NCBI GenBank assembly: GCA_046331705.1
Contig: JAXLQJ010000040.1
Span: 1-64,000, forward strand
Length of the DNA stretch: 64,000 nt
Direction: 5' to 3'
Source of the DNA: a bacterium
GTDB lineage: Bacteria; JADJOY01
Shown here: piece after piece, positions 47,475 through 59,646 of the stretch
How the letters are laid out: every line of letters begins with the position of its first letter
Numbering within the stretch: position 1 is the first letter of the stretch
Made by a program: the position numbers and the translations under genes
The notes under the pieces: generated by a model
Database searches by the model: none
Seen by the model: the letters and a program-made list of their open reading frames with translations, nothing else
What the model was told of the DNA's origin: nothing

Positions 47475-48617
47475 ATGATCTATCTCGATCACGCCGCCAC
47501 GAGCTTTCCCAAGCCCGAGCGCGTGATCCGCGCGGTGGAGCGCTGCCTGCGGGATGTGGCGGGAAGTCCGGCGCGTGGCGGCCATGCCGGCGCCCTCGAC
47601 GCGAATCGGATCGTGTTCGCGACCCGCGAGCGCGCGGCGCGGCTGCTGGGAGTCGGCGACGCCGCGCGCGTCGTGCTCACCAGCGGCGCGACGCTCGCCA
47701 TCAACGTGGCCCTCGCGGGCACGCTCCATCCCGGAGACCACGTTCTCACCACCGACATGGAGCACAACGCCGTCGCGCGCCCGCTGGCGCGGCTCAGGCG
47801 TCGAGGCGTGGAGGTCGGCGTGGTGCCACATCTCGCGGACGGCGCGGGATTCGTGGCCGAGCTCGATCGCCACGCCCGCCCGAGCACCCGCTGGGTGGTC
47901 GTGAACCACGCGTCCAACGTCGACGGGCGGGCGCTCGATCTGGCGGCGATCGCCCGCTGGTGCGCGGCGCGCGGCGCGCGACTCGGCGTGGATGCGGCGC
48001 AATCCGCCGGCCATCTCGCACTCGACGTCGACGGGCTCGGTGTCGGCTGGCTCGCGTGCTCCGGGCACAAGGGGCTCTGGGGACCTCAGGGCACGGGCCT
48101 GCTCGCCGTGGGCGAAGGAGTCGAGATCGAGCCACTCGTCGCTGGCGGCACCGGCTCGGAATCCGAATCGGAGGAGCAGCCACGCTCGCTGCCCGATGCG
48201 CTCGAGTCGGGCACGCCGAACACGCCCGGGATCGCCGGGCTCGGCGAGGCGCTCGCGCTGCTGATCGAGCGCGGCGTCGCGACGCTCCACGAGCGCGCCC
48301 AATCCCTCGCGCGACTGCTGGAGCGCCGGCTGCGCGCGCTCGACGGAGTGGACGTCTGGGGCCCCGGCGACGCGGCGCACGCCGTACCCGTGGTCTCGTT
48401 CGTGATCCGCGGCGAGGACCCCGTGCTCACGGCGGCGCGGCTCGAGGACGACTGGCGCATCCGGGTGCGCGTGGGGCTGCACTGCGCGCCCGCCGCCCAC
48501 CGCCGCCTCGGCACGTTTCCGACCGGCACCGTGCGGGCGTCGCCCGGTCCGCTCAACTCCGAGGCCGAGATCGACGCGCTCGCGAGCGCCGTTGCCGAGA
48601 TCTCCCACTGCGCGTGA
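47475..48617 (+). CDS. Class V aminotransferase, cysteine desulfurase family
   Basis: IYLDHAATSFPKP, MEHNAV, HASNV, DAAQSAG, SGHKGLWGPQGTG, ESGTPN, RVGLHCAP. Confidence 0.93.
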   Translation: MIYLDHAATSFPKPERVIRAVERCLRDVAGSPARGGHAGALDANRIVFATRERAARLLGVGDAARVVLTSGATLAINVALAGTLHPGDHVLTTDMEHNAVARPLARLRRRGVEVGVVPHLADGAGFVAELDRHARPSTRWVVVNHASNVDGRALDLAAIARWCAARGARLGVDAAQSAGHLALDVDGLGVGWLACSGHKGLWGPQGTGLLAVGEGVEIEPLVAGGTGSESESEEQPRSLPDALESGTPNTPGIAGLGEALALLIERGVATLHERAQSLARLLERRLRALDGVDVWGPGDAAHAVPVVSFVIRGEDPVLTAARLEDDWRIRVRVGLHCAPAAHRRLGTFPTGTVRASPGPLNSEAEIDALASAVAEISHCA

Positions 48618-48666
48618 GCTGCCCGCACCGCGCGCTTCTCCATCGCCCCGTTGCGCGCCGATCCCG

Positions 48667-50775
48667 ATGCGACCCTCCGCCGATCCGAGCGAGCCTCGCG
48701 CGCAGCGTGGCACGAGCGTGCTCGCCGTCGCGGGGGCCGTGTGCCTCGCCGCCGCCGCGGTGCTGCTCGTGGGTCATCGTCTCGGCGAGCGGGCCTTGCA
48801 CGACTTCGACGAGCCGCTCACCGGCGCGCGCGCGCTCGCGATGCTCACGAGCGGCGAGCCGCTCACGGTCCATTTCAACGGCTCGCCCGATTACCGCAAA
48901 CCACCGCTCAACTACTGGTTGATCGCCGCGGCCTATCGCATCGGCGGCGTGAGCGAGCTCACCACGCGGCTGCCCGTGGCGCTCGCAGCCCTCTATCTGC
49001 TGGTCGCGCTCTACCGGCTCGGGCGCTGGCTCGTCGATCCCGCAGCGGGGGCGCTGGCGGTGGTGGCGTTGCTCGGCACCGGCGTCTTCCTGGTCCGCGC
49101 GCGCTACGCGACCGCGGACATGCTGCTCTATGGCGCCACGCTCGACGCGATGCTGGCCTTCGCCGAGGCACGCTACGTCCGCGCGGGTATCGGCGTGGGG
49201 ATCGCGATCCTCGCCAAGGGCCTCGCCGGCGGACTCGCGCCGGTGGTCGTGGTGCTCTGGATGGCCCTCACCCGCGACCTCACGCCGCTCAAACGAGGCT
49301 CGCTCTGGCTCGGCGTGGCGATCGCCGTGGCGCTGGTGACGCCGTGGGTGGCGTGGAACGCGCTCAACCACCGTGACGAGTTCGTGCGCGTGTTCTGGAC
49401 CAACGAGACCGCGAACCGACTGGTGCGAAAGATGTCGTGGTCCGCGGTGCTCGCCTTCTACGGTCGGAAAGCAGCCGATCAGCTCGATCTGCTCCCCGCC
49501 GCGGCGCTCCTGGCGCCGCTCGCGGCGTGGCTGGATCACGGCGCACGCATGCCCCGTGCGCGCAGCTGGATGCTGATCGCGTTCGGCCTCGCCGCAGCGC
49601 TCACGCTCGCGACGATTCGCCCACCCAACGCCCACTACATGCTGATCCCCACGCTGCCGCTGGCGCTGGCGGCGGGCGTGGGGCTGCGTTCGCTCGCGCG
49701 GGCACGAGGCGCGCGCGCCGCGGTCGGATCCGTGGTGCTGGGGGTCGCCGGTGGGGGGCTGCTCGTCACCGCCGAGCGAGGCGAGATCTCGATGATGCCG
49801 GTGGGCGTCGCCACGGTGCTCGCCGCTGTCGCGATGGCGCTGGTGCTGGCCCGCGAGCGCGACGGGCGGAGCAAGCGAGCCGGCGCGGCGGTGGTGATCG
49901 CGTTCGGCGCCGTCGCGATGCTTCTGGCGGGGAGCGATCTCGAGCAGGTGCTGCGTCATCCGGGCTCGGCTGCAGCGGTGCGGGCGGTGGCGCCGGCCAT
50001 TCGCGCCGCCGTCGATCCACCGCAGCCGATCGCGTACGAAGGACGGCAGCTCCAGACCGCGGTCTTCTACGCGCAGCGCAACGTGGTCGGGCTGGGTGCG
50101 TTGCTCGAGTCCGGCGAGCCCTTGCCCGATCGCTGGGTCGGCATCTTCACCTCTCCCGTCTATCGCGGGCTCGCGGGCTGGGACGCGACGTTGCTGGCGA
50201 GCGCGCCCGACACGTTCGCCGTCGCGCTGCGACGCGCCGAAGGAGAGGCCGAGCTCAGCGCAACACCGCGCCTCGTGGTGACTCCCGACCTCGCCGAGCG
50301 GGCCTTCGAGACCTATCGGTTGCTCGGCGCCGCTCCACTCCGGGTGGAACGCGACGGATACGTGAACGTGATCGCGACGGCACGCGGCGGGCACGATTGG
50401 CTTGCGCTCCCGCCGGCGGCGAATGGGAACGCTCGCGCCCTTCAGCCCACCACCGCCGACACGTGGACGCTCGACCTCGGCGCGACCGAGCGCGTGGCCG
50501 GCGTCCGGGTGCTCCTCGGCTCGCGCAAGCCGGGCCACGTACCGGGCCTCGCGATCGCCGCGTCCGCCGACGGCAGCGAGCTCCACGAGCTCGTGTCGGT
50601 CGGTGACGTCTGGATCGGCTTCGCGTGGGACGGCGAGGCCATCCGCGACAGCCACCAGGCCTTCGTCGAAGCGCGCTTCCCGGCGACCCGCGCGAGGACG
50701 ATTCGCATCCAGCTCGCGCAGCCCGTCGACGGCCCTGCCGTGACGCCATTGGGCGTCGAGCTGAGCGCGCGCTGA
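48667..50775 (+). CDS. ArnT/GT39-like membrane glycosyltransferase with C-terminal F5/8-like domain
   Basis: DFDE, KPPLNYWL, ARYATAD, ILAKG, many TM segments; C-terminal WTLDLGA...ARTIRI. Confidence 0.85.
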   Translation: MRPSADPSEPRAQRGTSVLAVAGAVCLAAAAVLLVGHRLGERALHDFDEPLTGARALAMLTSGEPLTVHFNGSPDYRKPPLNYWLIAAAYRIGGVSELTTRLPVALAALYLLVALYRLGRWLVDPAAGALAVVALLGTGVFLVRARYATADMLLYGATLDAMLAFAEARYVRAGIGVGIAILAKGLAGGLAPVVVVLWMALTRDLTPLKRGSLWLGVAIAVALVTPWVAWNALNHRDEFVRVFWTNETANRLVRKMSWSAVLAFYGRKAADQLDLLPAAALLAPLAAWLDHGARMPRARSWMLIAFGLAAALTLATIRPPNAHYMLIPTLPLALAAGVGLRSLARARGARAAVGSVVLGVAGGGLLVTAERGEISMMPVGVATVLAAVAMALVLARERDGRSKRAGAAVVIAFGAVAMLLAGSDLEQVLRHPGSAAAVRAVAPAIRAAVDPPQPIAYEGRQLQTAVFYAQRNVVGLGALLESGEPLPDRWVGIFTSPVYRGLAGWDATLLASAPDTFAVALRRAEGEAELSATPRLVVTPDLAERAFETYRLLGAAPLRVERDGYVNVIATARGGHDWLALPPAANGNARALQPTTADTWTLDLGATERVAGVRVLLGSRKPGHVPGLAIAASADGSELHELVSVGDVWIGFAWDGEAIRDSHQAFVEARFPATRARTIRIQLAQPVDGPAVTPLGVELSAR

Positions 50776-50866
50776 CCCGCGCCATCGCCGGCGCGCCCGC
50801 AGCGGGCGGAAGTTCCGCGCGGCGCGGCGACGAGCTACCCTCTTGGATCGCTCGGGAGGGATCGCG

Positions 50867-51292
50867 ATGGCCACCGCTCCTTCGGCTCCGGCTCGACAAT
50901 TCTTTCTCGCCGACACGCTGCACTGGGTTCCGGCGCAGGGCCTCGAAGGCGTCCAGGAGATCGGCCTGGCGAAGCGCGTGCCCGACGGTCCCGAGGAGAT
51001 CGTCGGCTACGACAAGGTCATCGAGGGTCAGAACTATCTCTACGCGCAGCGCAAATGCCGCGTGACCAAGGCCTTCAACGACGGCCTCGTCGGCATCACG
51101 TACGAGCTCAAGGAAGACTATTGGTGGCGAAACTGCGTTCCCGCCACCGAGCTCAAGCCCATCCCGGAGAAGAAGCCCAAGCGCCCGCCGCCGGCGAAGG
51201 CACCTGCGGCACCCAAGCCGCCGGCAGCGCCCGAAGCCGCCGCCGAGCCCGCGGCGGCCCCGCCGCCCCCTTCCGAAGCCAGCTCGACCTGA
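50867..51292 (+). CDS. Hypothetical protein with Pro/Ala/Lys-rich tail
   Basis: GGAGG RBS, host-like codon usage. Confidence 0.7.
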   Translation: MATAPSAPARQFFLADTLHWVPAQGLEGVQEIGLAKRVPDGPEEIVGYDKVIEGQNYLYAQRKCRVTKAFNDGLVGITYELKEDYWWRNCVPATELKPIPEKKPKRPPPAKAPAAPKPPAAPEAAAEPAAAPPPPSEASST

Positions 51293-51323
51293 GGCGTTGC
51301 CGATCGAACCGCCCGCGCGCAGC

Positions 51324-52124
51324 TCAGAGCAGCAAGCCGGGAAGCTCCGCGAAGCTCGCGATCTCGAAGTCGGGCTCGGGTAGCTCGGGGTCGAGCACGC
51401 GCCCTCGGGCGTTGATCCACGCCACGTCCATCCCCGCTTGCTTGGCGCCGAGGACGTCGGCGTCCGGGGTGTCCCCGACGAAGAGCGCCTCGTCCGCCGC
51501 GACTCCCATGCGCGCGAGCGGCTCCTCGAAGAGCGACGGGTGCGGCTTCACCTTGCCGACCGCGTCCGATACCACGATCTCCTCGAAGAACCGCGCGATG
51601 TCGAGGCGCGCGAGGATCGCGAGGCACGTCGGCGCGTGATCGAAATTGGAGACCAGCGCCAGCCGATGATTCTCGGCCAGGCGCTCCAACGCGGCGCCGT
51701 GCGTCTCGGGCAGCACGGTGCAGCGGGCGAGCAGGCCCATGTGGCAATCGACCAACCGGTCGACGAACTCGGGCTCGCGCACCGGTTCCGGCGCGCCGAG
51801 GCGATCGAGCACGCGGTCGAACCGCACGCGCGACGAGCGCTCGACGAGATCGGCCTCCTTCTCGGCCTGGATCTCGTTCGACACCTCGACCAGCGCGCGG
51901 ATGAAGACCTCGACCGCCGGCGGTTGCCAGCGCTCGACGAGAATCTCGATCAGCGCCGGTGCCGTGCTGGGCACGTAGGAGAAGCCCGGCACCAGCACCC
52001 GCGGCAGCCCGCCGCGATCGAAGGTGACGATGGTCTCGAAGAGATCGCAGAGCACCGCCCGATAGGGGCGGGTCGCGCGAGCGCGGCGACCGAGCCGGGT
52101 GGTGGCGCGCGAGGGGTCGGTCAT
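51324..52124 (-). CDS. HAD-superfamily hydrolase
   Basis: LCDLFETI, VSNFD, KPHP, FVGDTPDADVLGAKQAGM. Confidence 0.9.
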   Translation of the reverse strand: MTDPSRATTRLGRRARATRPYRAVLCDLFETIVTFDRGGLPRVLVPGFSYVPSTAPALIEILVERWQPPAVEVFIRALVEVSNEIQAEKEADLVERSSRVRFDRVLDRLGAPEPVREPEFVDRLVDCHMGLLARCTVLPETHGAALERLAENHRLALVSNFDHAPTCLAILARLDIARFFEEIVVSDAVGKVKPHPSLFEEPLARMGVAADEALFVGDTPDADVLGAKQAGMDVAWINARGRVLDPELPEPDFEIASFAELPGLLL

Positions 52125-52191
52125 CGATCCGCAGCCACGCGCGCGCCGACGTGATCGGGGACGCCGCCCGCTCGGTGCGGACGCGTGCCCC

Positions 52192-53301
52192 TCAGCTCTC
52201 GCTCGCCTTGCCGATCGCCTCGCGGAAGCGCTTGCTCACCAGCTCGCGTGCCAGCCTGCACGTGAGCTCGCGATCGGGATGGGTGGCGAGGTAGCCGAGT
52301 GGGATCTGAAAGCCGCCCTTGTCCTTCAGATTCCCACCGCCGTAGTAGCGGCCGGTGGTCTCGTCCATGCCGAAGGTCTTCTTCAGGAACGAATCGGGAT
52401 CCACCACCTCGCTCGAGGTACGCAGGCTGCCGTCGATGGCTTTGCCGTCGACGATGCCGAACACCAGCACGGTGTCCGTGCCGCCGCGCCGGAGCAGGAA
52501 GTCGGCGGCCTGCGGGATGCCGTCGCGGTCCTCGGCGCGCACGAACCCCACGTCGCTCAGCATGTAGTTGTCGTAGATCTGCTTGTTCTCGAGCGCGCGC
52601 CGGATCAGCTCCATGATCTCGGGGCTGAGCGCCTGGCGACTGATCTTGCGCAACAGGTCCTTGCTCACCGCCGAATCGAGGAACATCACCGCGGCGAGAT
52701 CGAAGCGGGTGGCCTCGATGAGGTTCTGCGTGTCGGTGCGGATGCCGTGGGCGAGCGCGGTGGCGATCTGGACCTGGATCTCGTCCTTGCGGTCGAGCCC
52801 CTTGGGGAAGCGCTGGCGCAGATACGAGGCGTAGATCGACGCCGTGGCGCCGACGTCCTCGCGGATGTCCACGAACTCGGCGGGAACGTCGCTGGTGCGC
52901 TTGTGGTGGTCGACGAACGCCACGAACGCCTTGCCCTTGAGGGCTGGGTCGATCGGGGTGTTCATCTTCTGCGAATCGACCAACGAGTAGCAGGAGAAGG
53001 GGGCGAGATCGAGGTCCTCGCGGTAGAGCGTGAGCTCGATGTCGAGCGTCTTGAGGAGCGCCCGGTTCTCCTGATGGCTCGGGTCGCGGAACGTCAGGAT
53101 CGTCGTCTCGATGCCGTGCTCGGCCGCCAGGTAACGGTGCGCCAGGGCCGAGGAGATGCCGTCGGGATCGGGAAAGCCGCTCAAGATCACCAGCATCTTG
53201 CTACCGGCGTGTCGCTTGAGCGCGACTTGAAGTTGTCGAGCTCGCTCTTCGTCCAAGGTGGTGATGGCTTCGAGCTGGGGCAGAGGCGCGGAGGCTTCCA
53301 T
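52192..53301 (-). CDS. DHH-family phosphoesterase
   Basis: PDPDGISS, LVDSQ, VDHH, GATASI, GIRTDT, IPQAADFL, GSLRT. Confidence 0.92.
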   Translation of the reverse strand: MEASAPLPQLEAITTLDEERARQLQVALKRHAGSKMLVILSGFPDPDGISSALAHRYLAAEHGIETTILTFRDPSHQENRALLKTLDIELTLYREDLDLAPFSCYSLVDSQKMNTPIDPALKGKAFVAFVDHHKRTSDVPAEFVDIREDVGATASIYASYLRQRFPKGLDRKDEIQVQIATALAHGIRTDTQNLIEATRFDLAAVMFLDSAVSKDLLRKISRQALSPEIMELIRRALENKQIYDNYMLSDVGFVRAEDRDGIPQAADFLLRRGGTDTVLVFGIVDGKAIDGSLRTSSEVVDPDSFLKKTFGMDETTGRYYGGGNLKDKGGFQIPLGYLATHPDRELTCRLARELVSKRFREAIGKASES

Positions 53302-53671
53302 GGGAGTCTGGATCTCCGTCCGCTCACCGGGACCTGAGCACTGCCGTCGACCGCTCGCCACCCAACGCTCGCTTCGGCGTCACCGTTGGCGCCTCGTGAA
53401 CGTGCGGTCCGGGTTCGCCATGTGAGCTTGGCCGGAAGTCCCGATGATGGCCGGCGAACCACACGCGCGCCTCGCGGCTCGCGCTCGCCGGTTCGGAACC
53501 CTCGGTTGGCGTCCGGGGTGAGGGGCAGCATACCCGAGCGCCTGGAGACGAGCTAGCCGCATCGCATCTGGCGACGCGACGCGTCACCCGCTCGTCTGGA
53601 CGGCTCCCCGGACGCGGTTCGACACCGCGGGCGTCGCCGAGCCGCGGCCGCTCTCGTCGGGGCAGGCGGGC

Positions 53672-54181
53672 TCAGCGCAGACGCTGGATCGCGGTCTGGG
53701 CGACGGCCCTCAGCTTCCCGTCCGGCGTGGTCTCGCCGGTGATGCCCACGCTCAACCCCACGCGGCCCGACAGGACGCGCAGCTTGTTGAACATGCCGCC
53801 TTCCCAGAACGCCGCGTCGCCGATGCCCGGCACGTCGACGGGCGTGACGTTCATCTGGGTCACCGCCTGCTTCTTCTCGAGGTCGAAGGCGCTGCGAGCG
53901 GCGGCGGCGTCGATGGCGGCGATGACCACCAGGCTCACGCGCTCCATTCCGGTGGCGGCACGATAGGTACAGCTCGTCACGGCGTAGACCGCCGCGCCCT
54001 CGAGGGGATGCTCGGGCTCGCGAACCGGCTTGCCGAGGATTTGCTCGGCCTCGGACTTCGTGACGAGCGCGCAGGCGTCCACCGGCTTGGGCTCGTCGGC
54101 GGCTTGCGCCGCGCGTGTGCCCGCCGCGGCGAGCAGCGTCGCCGAGGCGAGCGCGAGGAATGACCAGGAATGCTTCGCCAT
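53672..54181 (-). CDS. Secreted hypothetical protein (DUF3558-like)
   Basis: GGAGG RBS, signal peptide, DACALVT..EAEQILG, SCTY, VPGIGDAAFW. Confidence 0.75.
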   Translation of the reverse strand: MAKHSWSFLALASATLLAAAGTRAAQAADEPKPVDACALVTKSEAEQILGKPVREPEHPLEGAAVYAVTSCTYRAATGMERVSLVVIAAIDAAAARSAFDLEKKQAVTQMNVTPVDVPGIGDAAFWEGGMFNKLRVLSGRVGLSVGITGETTPDGKLRAVAQTAIQRLR

Positions 54182-54323
54182 GACCGCCTCCGCGGGCGCG
54201 ACGGGCGAACGATTCGAGCGTGGTGACATCGCACGCTGCCGCACGACTCTCCCTCGGCGCCGACGCGAGACGGTTTATGCTACCGGCCCGCGACCGGCGA
54301 GTCGCAGCGAGCCGAGCGCCACC

Positions 54324-55450
54324 ATGCCCACGCGTCCCACTCGAGCCACCCGCCCCGCGCGATCCACGCGCGCCGCGAGCCGCGCCCAGCGCGGCGCGCC
54401 GCCCACGCCGCTCACGGCGAGCCGGAAGGACAGTCACATCGAGGTGGTGCTGCGCGAGGACGTGGCGCACAAGACCGTCACGAACGGTTTCGAGCGCTAC
54501 CGCTTCGATCACGAGGCGCTGCCCGAGATGGACTTCGCCGACGTCGAGCTCTCGATCGAGCTCTTCGGCAAGCGGCTGGCCGCGCCGCTCGTGATCGGCG
54601 CGATGACCGGCGGCACCGAGCGCAGCCTGCGAATCAATCGCCATCTCGCGGCGGCGGCGCAGGCCGAACGTGTGGGGCTGGCGTTGGGATCGGCGCGCAC
54701 CGTGCTCGAGGATCCGGCTCGCGCGCGAACCTACGCCGTTCGCGACGTCGCGCCCGACGCGCTCGTCTTCGCGAACCTCGGCGCGGTGCAGCTTCGGCTC
54801 GGCGTGACTCCCGACGATTGCCGGCGCCTGGTGGAGCTGCTGGAAGCCGACGCGCTCTTCTTGCACCTCAACCCGTTGCAGGAGGTCGTGCAGCCGGAGG
54901 GCGACACGACCTTCGGCGGCTTGGCGGGGTGCATCGCCGCCGTGGCGCGAGCGCTGGCGCCCACGCCGGTGCTGGTGAAGGAAGTGGGCTCCGGCATCTC
55001 CGCCGCCACCGCCGCGTTGCTTCGCGACGCCGGCGTCGCGGGGATCGAGGTGGCGGGCGCGGGTGGCACGTCGTGGGCACTGATCGAGAGCCATCGCGGC
55101 GGCGACCCGGCGAAGGCACGCCTCGGCAAGGTGTTCGCCGATTGGGGAATTCCCACGGCGGAGAGCCTGGTGCACGTGCGGCGCGCCTGCCCCACGCTCC
55201 CCATCATCGCCTCGGGAGGCATTCGCGACGGGATCGAGTCGGCGAAGGCGCTGGCGCTCGGCGCCGATGCCGTGGCGGCCGCCTATCCCTTCCTCGCCGC
55301 CGCCGAATCCTCGGCCGCGGCGGTCGCCGAGCGGATCCGGCTCTTTCGCGACGAGATCCGCACCGCTTGCTTCCTGACCCGCTCCCGCACCGTCGCCGAG
55401 CTGCGAAAGGCGACGCTGCGGCGGGTGGACGGCACCAACGGGGGCGCGTC

Positions 55451-55454
<4 letters not shown>
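54324..55454 (+). CDS. fni: Type 2 (FMN) isopentenyl-diphosphate isomerase
   Basis: RKDSHI, HEALPE, AMTGG, ANLGAVQ, HLNPLQEVVQPEG, VKEVGSG, GAGGTSW, SGGIR. Confidence 0.95.
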
Positions 55455-56754
<1,300 letters not shown>

Positions 56755-56758
<4 letters not shown>

Positions 56759-57681
56759 TCGGACGCGGTCGAGCCCCGGGCAAGGTGATCCTCGCGGGCG
56801 AGCACTTCGTGGTGCACGGCGCCCCCGCGATCGCGCTGCCGGTGCGCGCCGTCTTCAAGGAGATCGAGATCGAGGCGGAGCTCGATCCCTACGACCACTC
56901 CCTCGAGCTCGCGATCGTCGATCCGCATCCCGAGCACGAGACACTGCAGCGGATGCTGGTGCGGCTCCTGGAAGCGCTCTCGATTCCGAGCACCGGCGAG
57001 ATCCGAATCACCGTGCGCTCGACGCTGGCGCCAGGCGCCCACCTGGGCTCGAGCGCCGCGCTCGCCGTGGCGCTGGTGCGTGCGGTGCTGGATTTTCGCG
57101 GGCTCGAGTACCCGGACGAGGACGTGGCCGCGCTCGCGTTCGATCTGGAACGCATCGTCCACAAGAACCCGTCGGGGATCGACAACACGGTGGTGGCGCT
57201 CGACCGGCCGATCTGGTTCAAGAAGGGCGTCGCGCCCGAGACCATCACCTCGACGCTCGAGGCGACGCTCTTGCTCGCGGATACCGGGGTCGCGTCCAGC
57301 ACTGCGGAGGTGGTCGCGCGCGTCGGCGAGTTCCGGGTCGAGCGCGGCGAGCGATTCGCGCAGCTGCTCGAAGCCGCCACCGCCACGGCCACGCGACTGC
57401 GCGAGGCGCTCGCGACGGGCGATGCGTCCGCGGCCGGCGCGTGCCTGGACCAGAATCAAGCGCTTCTGGCCGAGGTCGGCGCCAGCTCTCTCGAGCTCGA
57501 GGCCCTCGTCGCCGCCGCGCGCCGGGCCGGCGCCCTCGGCGCCAAGCTCACCGGCGGCGGTGGCGGCGGAAACGCCATCGCGCTTTGCGCGCCAAACCAA
57601 CGCGACGCCGTCCGCGCCGCGCTGGTCGCGGCCGGAGCGGTGAACGTGATCGAGGTGCCCTTCAGCCGTGCAACAGCCTGA
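56755..57681 (+). CDS. mvk: Mevalonate kinase
   Basis: PGKVILAGEHFVVHG, GAHLGSSAA, HKNPSGID, GAKLTGGGGGG. Confidence 0.92.
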
Positions 57682-57767
57682 TCGGTCGCAAGTGCGGCCG
57701 GTCTACCGGCTCGGACAGCCGCATCGACTCCTCGTCTCGCTGCACGCGATCGCCGGAGTTGCGACGG

Positions 57768-59114
57768 CTACTTCATCGACACCATGTAGGCCGTGAGCTG
57801 GTCGAGCTCTTTCTCGGTGAGCCGCTTGTAGGGCGGCATCGAGGTGTCCTCGTAGAGGCTGTCCGGGTCGCGGATGTACTGGCGGATCCGTTCGGCGGTG
57901 CGGTTCTGCCCGATGAACGAGAGGTCGGGTCCGCTGCCCGCGCCCTCACCGCGCAGCTTGTGGCAGGTGGCGCATTCGTTGTTCTGGTAGAGCTTCTCGC
58001 CCGCGCGCACGTCGGAGTCGAGCATCCAGGCGAGGGTCGACTTGTCCGACGCCACCGCCAGGCCCGTGAGCGCGACGACGCCGAACGCCACGACGAAGCC
58101 GCCGAGCAGGATCCCGGCGCGGCGGCGCGGCTCGCGGCTCGCGCTTCGATCGAGGAACGGCACCAGCGCGACCATCCCCACCAGCACCGCCGGAACCACC
58201 AGCGCCGCCAGCCACTCGAGCGAGCCGGGGAAGAGCTTCTGGATCTGGAACAGGAAGAGGAAGTTCCATTCCGGCCGCGGCAGGAACGAGGTGTCCGACG
58301 GATTCGCGAGGGTGCGGTGCGGGTGGTACTGCCAGGCGGCCGCGGCCACGATCGCCGCCACCAGCAACACGATCGCGATCGCATCCTTCACGACCTGGTG
58401 GGGGAAGAAGCCGGTCGCCTCGCGCGCCGGCGCGGCGCTCGCCGACTTCCAGTGCCCGGCCGGCCCCACCAGACGCAGGAACAACAGGTGGAGCACGATC
58501 GCGGCGCCGACGATCGCCGGCAGCACCATCACGTGGATCGCGAAGAAATGAGTCAGCGTCACGGCGCCGACCTCCGGCCCGCCGCGCATCATTCGCATCA
58601 CCCACTCGCCGATGATGGGAGTGTTTCGCGCCAGCGCGGTCCCGACCTCCGTCGCCCAGTAGCCCTCCTGATCCCACGGCAGCGCGTAGCCGGTGAAGTG
58701 GAACGCCTGGACCAAGAGCAGCAGCACCACGCCGCTCAGCCACACGACCTCGCGCGGTCGCTTGTAGGCGCCGAACACGAACGCCTGCGCCACGTGCACC
58801 AGCACCAGACCCACGAGCACGTTGGCGCCGAGATGGTGGACACCGAGCAGCACGCGGCCGAGAGGAATCTCCTTCTCGACGTACTCGAGGGTCGCGAGCG
58901 CGTGGTCCGGCGAAGGCACGTAGTAGGCGGCGATCACGATGCCCGTGATCGCCTGCAGCCCGATCAGCGCCAGGCACATGCTGCCGAACACGTACGACCA
59001 GCGAGCGCCGCCGGGAATCGACTCGTGCAGAAACGCGCCGAGCGCCTTGCGCAGCGGTACGCGCTCTTCGAGCGCATCCAACAAGCCCGTCGTGGGCGAA
59101 CGTGTAGCATCCAT
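57768..59114 (-). CDS. qcrB: Cytochrome b (b6 + subunit IV) fused to a C-terminal cytochrome c
   Basis: Heme-b His pairs (H-x13-H, H-x14-H), GAYKRPRE, TGYALPWDQEGYWA, PEWN, CATCH...SMP. Confidence 0.92.
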   Translation of the reverse strand: MDATRSPTTGLLDALEERVPLRKALGAFLHESIPGGARWSYVFGSMCLALIGLQAITGIVIAAYYVPSPDHALATLEYVEKEIPLGRVLLGVHHLGANVLVGLVLVHVAQAFVFGAYKRPREVVWLSGVVLLLLVQAFHFTGYALPWDQEGYWATEVGTALARNTPIIGEWVMRMMRGGPEVGAVTLTHFFAIHVMVLPAIVGAAIVLHLLFLRLVGPAGHWKSASAAPAREATGFFPHQVVKDAIAIVLLVAAIVAAAAWQYHPHRTLANPSDTSFLPRPEWNFLFLFQIQKLFPGSLEWLAALVVPAVLVGMVALVPFLDRSASREPRRRAGILLGGFVVAFGVVALTGLAVASDKSTLAWMLDSDVRAGEKLYQNNECATCHKLRGEGAGSGPDLSFIGQNRTAERIRQYIRDPDSLYEDTSMPPYKRLTEKELDQLTAYMVSMK

Positions 59115-59151
59115 CTCGATCTCCTCGCGCGAGCGCCGCTCGGTGCGCCGC

Positions 59152-59646
59152 TCAGACGCTGAAGCGCACCTTGAGCCGTCCGTCCTCGACCTTGACCGGC
59201 AGCCGATCCAGGCCCCGCGGCGGCGGCCCGCCCACGACCTTGCCGGCGCGGTCGTACTGACCGCCATGGCAAGGGCACTCGAAGCGCGACGAGCTCTCGT
59301 CCCACCGGTACGCACAGCCCAGGTGGGTGCAGCGGGCGTTGAAGACCGTCACCTCGTCGCTCGCGTCGCGGACCGCCCACGCCGCTCGGCGCGACGTGGT
59401 CTCGAGCCAGGCGTCCTGCTCCTTCACGGTCGCGACGACTTGCTTCGGCTCGCCCACGGGCAGGTTGTCGACGGCGCACACGTCCACCCACTCGCCCTCC
59501 GCATCCGGGCGAAAGGCGGGCGCGAGGAGTGGCGTGCCGGCGACCACCGCGGCGGTGGCCGCGTAGGCACCACCGAGGGTGGCCGCGGTGACCGCCAGGA
59601 ACGTGCGCCGCGACGATCGGTCGGCGCGCTCGTCGTCGCCGCTCAT
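59152..59646 (-). CDS. qcrA: Rieske iron-sulfur subunit
   Basis: Tat motif SRRTFL, CTHLGC, CPCHGGQY, GPPPRGL. Confidence 0.95.
   Translation of the reverse strand: MSGDDERADRSSRRTFLAVTAATLGGAYAATAAVVAGTPLLAPAFRPDAEGEWVDVCAVDNLPVGEPKQVVATVKEQDAWLETTSRRAAWAVRDASDEVTVFNARCTHLGCAYRWDESSSRFECPCHGGQYDRAGKVVGGPPPRGLDRLPVKVEDGRLKVRFSV

Noticed and set aside
53302-53671. 370-bp intergenic region as a possible structured ncRNA
   Set aside because: Only generic GC-rich pairing; no recognisable RNA family motif (an Rfam scan would settle it)
58960-59000. Cys in cytochrome b (GSMC) as the heme ci attachment site
   Set aside because: The canonical b6 position (Y-C-x-G) has Val here; the Cys lies several residues downstream
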